Shown: one piece after another, positions 1-11,800 of the stretch | Layout: each line of letters starts with the position of its first letter | Numbering within the stretch: position 1 is the first letter of the stretch | Origin: Antedon mediterranea | Lineage: Eukaryota > Animalia > Echinodermata | DNA length: 64,000 bases | NCBI RefSeq assembly: GCF_964355755.1 | Contig: NC_092679.1 | Coordinates: 23,047,432-23,111,431, forward strand | Reading direction: 5' to 3' | Translations under genes and position numbers: made by a program | The notes under the pieces: generated by a model | What the model was told of the DNA's origin: nothing | The model's database searches: none | What the model saw: only the letters and a program-made list of their open reading frames with translations

Positions 1-166
1 TGAACCAGTTCACCGGGGTAACCCCCTACTCTTTTTCGAATAATGAACTGGGTTTCTTTAAAGTACACACAGGTTATAACTGTGTACACTGGACCTACGG
101 TTTATAGTCCTTATCCGAGAAGACTTGTTCCACCACCAGAACTAGGAGCGAGTCGGCCTCGAACCC
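1..166 (-). mobile_element. Partial tRNA-derived SINE (Deu/Nin-domain type), same family as 21721-22043
   Basis: Reverse complement aligns to the SINE at 21721-22043 (gggttcgagg...gttctggtggt...tcttctcggataaggactataaaccgtaggtccagtgtacaca...ggggttaccccggtg). Cut by the window edge. Confidence 0.85.
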
Positions 167-445
167 TTCAACAAGCTAAAAGATGAAATAGCGCGCCTCT
201 GTCGTCAAAAAGTATTTTGTCGCGTTGCAATTCGCCAAGTATTTCTCTTAGTTTTTGAGAGCCGCTCGATTTACATTTTCCAATAATAAGCGAAATTAGT
301 ATGACCAATACGGCAGATAATTGAAAGTGGTATAACTAGTAAGACTAGGCCCTAAATTACGGGATAAAACTCAATCTGGGTTTCCAGTCAAAACGGCAGA
401 CCTAGAATACCTAAAAATTGTTTTGACTTAAGCATCTAATAATTA

Positions 446-1618
446 TCATTTCTCACCGTCTACGTATGGTGCTGTACAACTTCTTCCACACCCGTTAAAA
501 CAACACTTAAACTCTTCTTTGCAGTCGTTATCAAATGAACAATCCAATTCACAACTGGCTTCACTTGCATTTTTTGGTAAAGGGCACTCTAAATGTTCAC
601 CTGCAAAAAGTAAATTGCATAAAACTAATCTATTTTCATTTATTCGTAGCCTATAATTCATTATTCTTATGACACTGAAAATAAGAATACGCTTGCTTTG
701 TATATCATAGAAAATGGAAATACGGTATTTTGAATGATGTCCCAAACTCCACCCCCTTTTTAGATCCACATTGATGTAATGGGTTTAACTGGATACATTG
801 TACCATTCTCATAAACATGCTAAATAGCATAATATCTTTATATTTTTTCTTTGTATTTAAGTAGTAGGTTATAACCGTAATGTTTTAAATTATTTAAAAT
901 CTTTGCTATCTGAACTTTTTAATGTTGCATATAAGTGGTCCGTAAAACCAAACTTTTTTAAAAGTAGGTGTGTCAATATTAATGTCAACAGTATAACTGA
1001 AAGAATGCGTTACCGGAAAGTTTTCATAAATCGTTATGTTGCCATTAGATTCCCAATTATAGCTATTAATCAATCAAGGTACAGTAACTTAACATTTTTA
1101 CTAATTCAAACCAATTGATAATCTTTGTAAATTATAATAACATCCGGGGTCTTAAACTGACGTAATAAGTCACAGAAGGCCGAACAATGTATTTCTATGA
1201 TAATGTGTTGATGGTACTTTAAATACACTTGACCAAGTTTTGTTTGTTCAAGTTTCTAGATCTATATTGTATTTCTTGGCTCATTACCTGAGTATACTTC
1301 TATCCTACTATATCATTTGGTAGGTAAAATATTAATTTTTAATTTTGTTAATTGCTTAACCAACAATTTCAACCTTTTGTGTTATTCTTTTCTGTTTAAC
1401 ATCAACAGATATAATTAAACTTAAGCGTGGTTCCTACTAGAGACGGAACGGAAAGGCAACGCAAGCGAGTTGACCAATAACAAGCGACAGTTCGAATAAT
1501 TGCTTAATTGTGATTGGTCAAATCTTACGTCTCTGGATGGAACTATGCATAAACATTATTACATACCGAATATGCCAACGTAAAACAGGAACAGAATAAA
1601 TATTGACCTCATCGTCAT
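446..1618 (-). CDS. Small secreted single-WAP (four-disulfide core) domain protein, ~68 aa
   Basis: Exon 1567-1618 encodes a signal peptide MTMRSIFILFLFYVGIF-G (donor gtatgt). Exon 446-600 (acceptor ttttgcag, phase 1) encodes EHLECPLPKNASEASCELDCSFDNDCKEEFKCCFNGCGRSCTAPYVDGEK*, with the 8-Cys WAP spacing including the CC doublet. A probable non-coding exon ends at 2031. A possible donor (G|gtgaga) just before the stop means the gene could continue beyond the left edge. Confidence 0.85.
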
Positions 1619-3925
1619 TACTGCTGGAAAAACAATGTTGTGTACGATTACAAAAGTTGTATTCTGCTCATAGTTTGGTTTAAAGCAAAAACTGTTTTAA
1701 AAACAAATTTATTTTACTGTAAAGAGATTGGTATAAAATGCAATCGTCTCCCTTTGTGTGAAGCTGTAGAGTCGATTGTTAAATCATCATCATTTAAAGA
1801 CAGGTTACAACTTTTAATCTATTTACAAGTTGTTCTTATTAATATGCAGAAACGTTTTGGTATTAGATTAGAGTGAAGAAAACATAGTTTTATTTCTAAA
1901 AGTTACCTTTATTTTAATCTAAACCGAGTCATCGACACTTAGGCCTACAGACTGGTAGAAACTTAGATACAAATTATAATTAAATGAAGTAAAATAAAAT
2001 ATGAAATATAACGTCGTTCGGTGTTCTTACCTTTTCCAGATCCGCAGAAATGAAGATAATAAAGACAGACTGACTGAATGAATAAGTTGCTTGATTGAAG
2101 ATTAATGCAAGATGATGAATCATAATAGCTTATTATTATTCCGGGTAAAGGCTTAACATTGGCACAGAATAACGTTCGTCCAGGTAAGACCTGTTATAAG
2201 TACGATGTTTACCACAATGCTGTCTGAAGGACTCTTAAGTTAAGAACGGTATTATAACAGATTTGTCAGCTGCGATTCGTGTCACATGAGGAAAATAATG
2301 TTTACTGTATTTTTCATGTTTAGAATGCATTATTAAAGTGTGGCAGATCCATCCCCTTTCCACATCATCTTGGGAAAATTTAATAGTTGCATTTGAGTAC
2401 CATTAACTTAATGTAGGTACATCCGACACTGTGCTGTCGGCTTATCGTGGTATTATCAAAAACAGCATAAATTAAGTTTAGGCTCATTACTCAAGAAAAA
2501 AAAGATGGAGATTGTATAATTAATATAAATAATATATAGTTCAGATTATATAGGCCTAAGGTGGCCTTGAGATGTTAACATTGATCTGGATGGATTTTTT
2601 AAATAGATTCAGACTATTTATAAAATCGACCAAGAATTCATTTTAAATTTAACTAAACCCAAAATGATTGCTATTATACAAAAATAATACTCAGTTTTGC
2701 CAAAAGATATAGGTAATATAGAGAATTACTTTATTACAGGTACTGTACTGAAAAATACATTTACACATAGGATATTTTTCTTCACAATACACAAGTACAA
2801 TATACATAAACAAATCAGGGAGTTGTAATTACAGCTACACCCTAAACATTATTATAGAGATAGGCCGCGCCTCCTACGTTTAGTGTTATTAATTAGATTT
2901 GGTCCAAGTAAATCATCAATCGTAGTTAGATGTTATATATTACAAAGATAACCGATAGCTACATCAATTCACTACTGCATTCTATATACAAAAATAATAC
3001 TAAGTAGATATGTTGCTTATCTGTGACGTAATTTGTACCAAATGATGTGTATTAAGACAATCGCACTTTCTCAAATGTTAATATTTGTGTCACTTGTGTA
3101 CATTACGTCAGAGATCTGTACTTCCCCATCCGAAAATCTATAACCATGGAGTAAAGAATAAGAATAAAGAATATTCTTTACTCCATGCTATAACAATATC
3201 ATTACAGAATATACAATAATATTTAGGTCACTTGAATACATTGAATATTAATTACCGAGACACACAATACACGACACATGCTGCCTTCATGTTTATCTAT
3301 GTTTTTATGCAAAAATATGCAACTAATGAAAAATTGCATTGATGAAAGACGCATTATAATACAAAATTCATAATGGAAAACATTGGATGTACTGTAGGTG
3401 CATTTAATTTATTTGCGTTTGTGCGCATGCTTGTGATGCGGCCAAAATATACAGCCAATCAGAGATTAGGATTTTTTATTTACATTATATTATACTAATT
3501 TGGTTGTGCTCCCAAAATTTGTCACTACTCAATGTCATCATAATATCTAGGTCTATTTCTATTTAAAGGCAAACATTTTTTTAAATGGTGGTTTCATTTT
3601 ACCAATGGTTGCCTCTACCGACAATATCAATTTAGATAATACATTATAAATGCTATCCAAGCCTAGAGCAAACCACATATTCATTTTAAAGCAGCCACAA
3701 ACACTACTTTTCAAAAGCCTTTTAAAAACCCATCTTTTTATTCTTTAATTTCAATCTGTTTTTCTCCCATCATCATTTCCAAGTGTTTTTTGGGACAATC
3801 CGTTGATGTTAAAAGCGCTATATAAAGTGTACAACATAAACACTCCATTTCAGCGTAGGCTATACTCTGTACAGTTGTTATGAACACTGTTTTTAATTAT
3901 GTATTTAATTCATTGTTTAATGTTC

Positions 3926-4072
3926 TCAGATGCCTGGCTTAGGTTTAGGCTTGTCGCCACCACCACCACCACTTCCCTGATCACTGCTCTTCTTTCCAGG
4001 AAAGAAATATGAATGTGTTTTAACCTTCTTGGCTTCTGGGAGGCCGGAACCACTTGAATTTGAATTTCCCAT
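3926..4072 (-). CDS. Candidate 48-aa microprotein with N-myristoylation motif (MGNSNS...)
   Basis: ORF MGNSNSSGSGLPEAKKVKTHSYFFPGKKSSDQGSGGGGGDKPKPKPGI*, locally GC-richer than its flanks. Start context gaaATGG. A splice acceptor (tttatatttag, AG at 4093-4094) lies 20 nt upstream of the ATG. An upstream donor CAG|gtaagt ends a non-coding exon at 4804. AATAAA on the minus strand at 3737-3742. Confidence 0.65.
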   Translation of the reverse strand: MGNSNSSGSGLPEAKKVKTHSYFFPGKKSSDQGSGGGGGDKPKPKPGI

Positions 4073-4117
4073 TTCAATTTCTTCTTAAAATTCTAAATAT
4101 AAAAGAAATAAATGTCA

Positions 4118-4248
4118 TTCTCACTCATGAGGACGATCAAAGCATATTGATCAAAACGTCAAGGAACTCAACAGTCCTTTTTAGAACTAATATAGTGGTG
4201 TATGTGGTGTACCGCAAACTTTAAATCAACATTTGATTTCGCCAATAC
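4118..4248 (+). mobile_element. Short insertion resembling a Penelope-like terminal repeat with a degenerate hammerhead-like core
   Basis: Flanked by a 12-bp direct repeat aaataaatgtca (4106-4117, 4249-4260). Contains aTGAGGA-cgatcaa-agcata-ttgatc-aAAAcgtc, resembling CUGANGA-stem-GAAA-GUC with mismatches. Confidence 0.4.
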
Positions 4249-5806
4249 AAATAAATGTCACATGAGTGTGAAAACCAATCACGTGACAACTATTAATAAT
4301 ATGACACATTGATGTTTCTAATACTGAATTTATTGTTATTCGTGAAATTACACTCTTCCCTGATTAAAACATTAATTAGGCTAAATATACAATAACAACA
4401 TACAGTCGTAATTACGAAATCGTAGTATGCACATATTGTTTATGACGTGAGGCCCATGGATAATTATAGGCTTAATGATGAATTTAAGGGTAGAAAGTCC
4501 AGATTTACCATAATGTATAATCCTGGTATGACTACATTGCGAATAAAATAAATAGGGTATGTCCATACAATAAGCAAAAACAACAATATCTTAACCAACA
4601 TAATTACAGTAGGCTATTTAGGATTGTTGTTGAAACAATCAAGGTACTTTGATACTTAGTATCAAACCGGAGTATATGCCGGTAGTTATATTTTACTAGG
4701 CCTACCTATACCGTACTAACCGACAGTAAAAAGAGATACGTTCTCAAATAGAGTATCATTAAGTCCGTACCAAAATGAAAGCTTGCCAATAGAAGATACT
4801 TACCTGAGCTAACAATATACCATGGAAATTAGGAAAAAACAGCCTTCAATAAGTCTACTATACAAAGGCTAGCTAGCTAGGACTAAACTTGCCTATTAAA
4901 ACAAGCAGCACAGTTAGATTGTTTTGTCTTTTGAGTGCTCTGGAGGCTTACGTACGACAATCATATCTATATGTACACACCTCATAAGCTTTTATCATTA
5001 TCTATTGCAATACCATACGTCACCACACACTATATAATATTATCATAATTGTATATTTGGATTCCGTCTTGTAAAAAAAGAAGAAAACTCTAAATTCTAA
5101 CTGGCCATATTTTTGTATCGGAAGATCAGAATTTTCCTAAACATTATAGATAGCCTATTATTACGCTTGACTAATTATGATCATCATTGAGTGGCATAAA
5201 AAAAAACATAATTATATCCTGCATGAATTATGCAAAATTATGATTAATGTAGAGGGCGGTTTAGAAACATCTATTTAACTTACTAACAAAAGAGGATTGG
5301 AATTACTGCAAAATAAATGTCGGATTCGGTCGAAAATGCTAGTACATTTTTTAAATATTGTTTTTTTTTTTGTAGCCAATTATTATTCAATCATGCGCAA
5401 ACGGACTAGCAGATGCATTTAAGATTCGGTCATAAATACAAAATTTTGGCTGGATTTATCTCTAGATTTATCGGAATTAGGCCTATTCCTAGTATGTTAG
5501 CAGTGGAAAATTATACTTATTAAATGACTAATGACAATGAGTAATATTATAGTGTAATCAAAGATAGTGTGTAATACTGTAGGCCACCTAGAGCTTCAAT
5601 ACTCTTACAGTAGAGAAAATAAGTGTTGAAGTGCACAAACAATCAAAACATATATTGGTCTTTTGTGCACAGGCGCTTTGAAGTTGTGAGACTTTAATCC
5701 TGTATACAGGTACCTTAAAGCATCCTGGATTTCTAAGCCCATATAGCAATCACCGTGAATTCGCAAACTTTTTGCAAATTTCTGTTATATTTGTAAGGTT
5801 TATAAA

Positions 5807-8800
5807 ATGTCTCGAGGCACAAGTGCGGGTTTTGACCATTACATTACAATCTTTTCACCAGAGGGAAGGTTATATCAAGTTGGTATGTTGTTTATATACA
5901 AATTATTATGTATTTTCTTCATTTAATGTTAGGCCTAGGCCTATCTGTTGTGCGGCACAGGTTGGATGGTGTGGTGCTTTACCGGCGCCCGAACACTGGA
6001 TTGGGCCTTTTGCTATGCTAGACTGAGTTTCGAATTTAAATGTCTTTATATACAACTGAGGGATGTAATTGATAGGCCTATGTAGTAGCCAAGGCCTATA
6101 TTAAAAAAGAAAACAATTCTCTCAAAGTCAGTTATTTATAAGCTGAAAAGTGAGATTTATTTTAGTTGACTTTCCATTCACTAATGTGTGGAACTCACTA
6201 CCCAATGACATTAAAATGTCAACCAGTATTGGTATGTTCAAACATAAAATTCATGATATGTTTGTCACCAGTTATCTTTATTTTTAAGCTACTGGTTAAT
6301 TCATTTTCTCTCGACATTTGATTTGTTATTACGCCGTGGTTAGGATTCCGGCACCGGAACTCCAACTGCCCAGCGTTAGGGATTCCGACACGCTATTGCG
6401 CATGCCCAGAGCGAGGTAATCGGCGACTCTATACTTATCAACAGCGATGGATTATTTCATAGCTGCGCCACACGGCGAACTAGCCTAGATGCCTTCTAAT
6501 GTGGGATCCACTATTCTAGGCTAGGGCTACCAGTTAGACTACGTGACCAGTGGGCCTATAGTATTTATTTTGTAATTAAAAAGTGGTTGCTTCATTCATA
6601 TATAAAATTCATATCATTATGAATTATATAATTACATGACTAGTTTTATGATTTTTCATAACGCATTATACTGTACATATACAACATGCAATCACAAGTT
6701 GATTTGTTGACGGCAGCCACCGCGTGGATGTGAAAAAACTGTTCGGGAAGTCAGGGTCGCAACGCTAAAAACAGCATTACGATTCTTAGATAGATACTGA
6801 TACTTATTAATATCATTATAATTATTTTAACGCGTGGCGTAGTCATATTTTAATTATTAATTCATGTATGGCATAGGCCAAGTTTCATCCATCGCTCTCT
6901 CGCTCGCGCAACGACTATCTAGGCTACAGTAAATCCCTATAGCACTCCGACTCTCCGTGGTGTGGCACTATTATTAGTGCAAGCTATAATTCACTTCCCA
7001 GAGCTCTGGGCATGCGCAATAGCGTGTCGGATTCCCTAACGGTGGGCAGTTGAGTTCCGGTGCCGGAATCCTAACCACAGCGTTGTTATTATCACAGCAT
7101 TATTTCCATTGTTAGTATTTTTATCGTTACAATTAATATGGTACATTATACTGTTTTTATTTATTTATTTATTTAATTATTTATCTATTTCAATTTCAAT
7201 TTCAATTTTGTTTGTTTTGGTTTTTTTTTCTCGTTTTAAGGGGCTTTGCGTCTAAAGCATTAGCTTACAGCCTAACCCCGTTCACAACCTCAATTGATTT
7301 TGCATGTACTTTGTATTATCTGAGATTGTGAATAAAGTTATATATTATACAAATAATGAATGTTTATGAGTGTAATGGTACAAATAATGGCACGAGGTGA
7401 ATGATGAAAGGTTATATCAACGAGGCAAAGCCGAGTTGAAATATAACCTTTCATCATTCACCAAGTGCCATTATTTGTACCATTACACGAATACAAAACA
7501 TTCATTATTTGTTTTATATAACATCTAATTAAATTCTAGTTATTTGAATCAAATAAAAGGTAGCCCAAGCCAAAGCTTACTACATTTCATTCACACACAT
7601 TGATTAAAAACAGTAACATTTGGGTTTTAATAATGTTATATTAAATGTTATATTTATATGGATTTCGTAAACACACCTACTTTTGTGTTAATTATGTCAA
7701 CAAACGACCAAACAATCCTAGGCCTAGCAAGGCTAAAACGCCTAGGCTAGGCCTAGCCTAATACTAGCATGGCCTAAGGCTAGACCTAGTACTAGCTTGG
7801 CTGAAAGGCAAAACTTCGACAGACAATTGGAACTTATCTAAGCTAATTATGGTTTTTCCAACAATTCCACGTCTTGTAGGGATGTCCCCATTAATTAATC
7901 AAAATCCTAAAAACGATCTAAAGCTAATTTAAATGCCTTTTTGAATGAAATTAGTACATAATGTCCAAATCGTACACAAATATCTGCTGCTGTTGCATAT
8001 CTCGCGGTGGTGTTTACAAATGAAACTGAGACCAGACGACAGTTGGCGCTGTTGTATTTCACAGTACATAGCCATATCATAGGATAATTTGTGTACTAGA
8101 TTTTTTTTCATCCGCGAGACGTTTTTTTTTTCGTACACAAAAATGTTTCAAAAAGTACTATTTAACGATCGTTGAATAGTGCGTACTATTGCACGCCATG
8201 TGACCCACAATCGTCCAATCAAATGACAGGAATTTATTTAGGTGTTATATAAATACATCTATTCTATATAGCCAAGTAAAACTAAGTATACAGAACAGAG
8301 ACTCCAGAGTGCCATCCAGGGGGTAACTTGGAACAGCCAGCATAACTGAACATCATTCCATGACAAGACACCTTCCAACAATGTTGCATGTACAATATAC
8401 ACAGTATGTATCAGCATATTTACACAAGCCTAGTATTCTTATCTTTTTCAACTTATTCCTAGAATATGCTTTCAAAGCCGTCAATCAAAGTGGCGTAACA
8501 TCAGTTGCAATTCGAGGAGCTGATTGTGCGGTTGCAGTTGCACAAAAGAAAGTGCCAGTAAGTATTATTATTATTAATATTCGGAAAAGAAATAAATTAA
8601 AAAGACCAGTTTAACAGGAAAGTGTCTTCTATAAGATGTCCCGAGAGATGGGTTTTACTGTATATATATCACATTAAATTAATAGCAAAGTTTCATGCAA
8701 AGTTGTTATTGCATTAGTACTAGTCAATTAGTTTGTTTTTTCCCAAGTACCTTGTTGTCTAATAATTTGCAGCAGCTGTGTGTTTTTTATGTATTATACA

Positions 8801-11800
8801 GGGCATATTTTACCTGCTCTTACTTTTATTTTCAGGATAAACTATTAGATGCTGACACTGTTACCCACATGTACCAATTGACAGAGAACAACGGATGTGT
8901 TATGACTGGACTTGTTGGTATGTTTGTCAATGTTTTTAGCACAACTACACTGCCCCCTTAGACCCATTTGGGCCGCGAAACATTTTTGAAGAGCCTAAAG
9001 GTGCCTTGAGAAACAAAATAAAGGAACGACGATAATGTTTCAGCGTCGTAATATAGTATGACAATATAGTTTGATTTTGGATTTTAATTTAATATTTGCG
9101 GAGCGCTGCCTTAGGCAATTTAGGAGAGTTTGAATGCAAATAAATTGTTGAAAGAAAAAAATTTTTGATTTTTCTTTTGTGCAGCTGATAGTCGGTCTCT
9201 TGTTCAGAGAGCGAGATCAGAGGCAGCCCAATGGAAATATAAGTATGGTTATGAAGTACCTGTAGATATGTTATGCAGAAGAATAGCAGACATCTCACAA
9301 GTATACACACAGAACGCCAGCATGCGGCCACTTGGTTGCAGTAAGTATACATATACCCAGGGCTGCAAATTAAGGGGTATTTGGTCGCATTTGCGACCTA
9401 ATTTTTCTGTTTGCGACTAAAGCAACAGAATAGGTCGCGCATAGCGCGACAAGATCGTCTGCTTGTGCGAGTTGTTTCAAATTGAAGTCAGGTGTGTTTT
9501 CCCTATTTAACTGTGTTGTAATTTAATCTCTCTCTACTCTACGGAAGGCTCAGGAGTTTCCACTAGTCACCGCCGCCGCAAAGGAGTCAGGTTCATTCAA
9601 GCGTACAAAGCCCCTAAACATTTTACACTTGTTGTGATTGGAAGTTCGTCCATTTATTGTATGCTGCCTTACCCAATCACACAAAAGGACACCAAATACA
9701 CAGCACAGTGTGACGCGCGGACGACACAAACCTCGTGGAAAATCACCTCCGTTTTAAAGAAGGAATATAAAAAAACAATTGTACCGCCGTACACAGAAGT
9801 TAGCCAGGGCGGGCGCGGCAGATACTAAGGATTGTCGCCGCGCAGCCATCAGCATTTTTTAGGCAGTATAATGGTTATATCATGATTACTAAATAATGTA
9901 ATTAATGATATATATAATAATATCTATTCATTATATAGATTAAACAGCAGTATTGTTTATCAGTAGATTTAATACTTTATTCCAGATTCTGATTATCGAA
10001 AATTATATATCAGAGAAAATACCGCAGCTTTTCCTACGAAGTAGCTTCGTAGATAAAACAGGCTACGTTGTTGGCTTTGTAGGTTACGATGTTCTATAGT
10101 AAGTAACAAGGTGTGAAAATTATTATTTAATGTGTTAATTTTGACTGGCGGAGGAGGACCAATTTGTACATTACTAAGAAATATATAATATAATATTTTT
10201 TATTCGTAATGTTTCATTCGTGTGTGTTTGTTTACTCTCAACAACGGTGAATATAAATTTCCTACAATGTAAACGTATACGAGACACGATCCAACACAAT
10301 GAACTATGCCAACTAATAAAAATAATATAGCGAACGTCCAGTCGATCCAAAAACATGCAAACAAAAAGATCGTAAACAATTCATTCTAAATATAGTATCA
10401 GAACGTTCAATCGGTCGCTCAAAAAGACTGCCGACAGAAGACCATAATTAATACAGACCTAGTTTTCTGGTCACATGTCATGAAACGCGATACTCTGTTT
10501 TACCACGTGGCTACAAAACAGAGTACTTGTACCTGAATTTTGCGTCACATGAAACGTAATACAGCTCTATAAACTGTTCCCACGATTCGCACGTTTTTTC
10601 CCTCCAAATTCTGGTCGGGCCTTTTATCGTAATAATAATTTACAAAGGCCTATGTTAAATCTTAACATGGAATATATATTTATTTTGCATATATTTTGTT
10701 TGCGTCCTAGCCAAGGTGTTGTTGTTTTTATAATTCGCTAAACCAAGGTAGGATTGAATGGCCGGATTGAATCATGTAGGCCGCCGAAACTCTCTCTGCG
10801 TGAGTTGAGGGCCTCGGGCCCGATGTCGTCTTGTCGGCGGATGTCCTGCCAAATTAGGACAACCGATGTGTAGGGCGGCTACAAAAATTAACGTCTTCTA
10901 CTAGGATTTTAATTAGCCAACAAATACATGTTTGTTTCCATTGTTCATGCTCCTAAAGGCGATGGCATTGGTGTATCGACGCGTAGATATTATCATAAAC
11001 AATACATCGTAGGCAACGAACAATACTTTGTAAATTGCAGGATACGTTTAGAGAACAATGACCTACGGTCTATTTACGCGTAGGCTACGAAAGGTTACGC
11101 GTATATACAAAGCAGTAATTTCTTTCCGTACCGTAAAAAGAATAAATCTTGCGTGAATATAAGTGGCGCATCAGTACCAGTGCCTAAAATGTGCATAACT
11201 CAATTTATGTGCTCAGAAATCGATTGAAACAACCTATAATTACTTAAAAATCCCCCCCCCCCCTTGGGGGGGGGGGGGCTTTTATTTTTATACCTCCCCC
11301 CCCCCCCCCCCCCCCCCCCCCCCAACTAAACTAAAAACGGATCTGTGCGGATGGGGTTTGGGGTTTGAGGGAAGGGGGTTGTTGTCGATGAAAAGGTGCT
11401 ACTAAAAAAATTGGTGGTGCTACCAAAAATAAAGTAAAAAAGTTAATTTGCAGCCCTGATACCCATTGCTACTTTATTGACATCTCACAAGTATACACAC
11501 AGAATGCCAGCATGCGGCCACTTGGTTGCAGTAAGTATACACATATCCATTGCTACTTTATTGACATCTCACAAGTATACACACAGAATACCAGCATGCG
11601 GCCACTTGGTTGCAGTAAGTATACATATACACATTGCTACTTTATTGACATCTCACAAGTATACACACAGAATGCCAGTATGTGGCCACTTGGTTGCAGT
11701 AAGTACACACATACCCATTGCTACTTTATTGACATCTCACAAGTATACACACAGAATACCAGCATGCGGCCACTTGGTTGCAGTAAGTATACATATACCC

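Noticed and set aside
11252-11323. Long poly-C and poly-G runs
   Set aside because: Homopolymers inside a transposon. Their length is unreliable in assemblies and there is no evidence of function.
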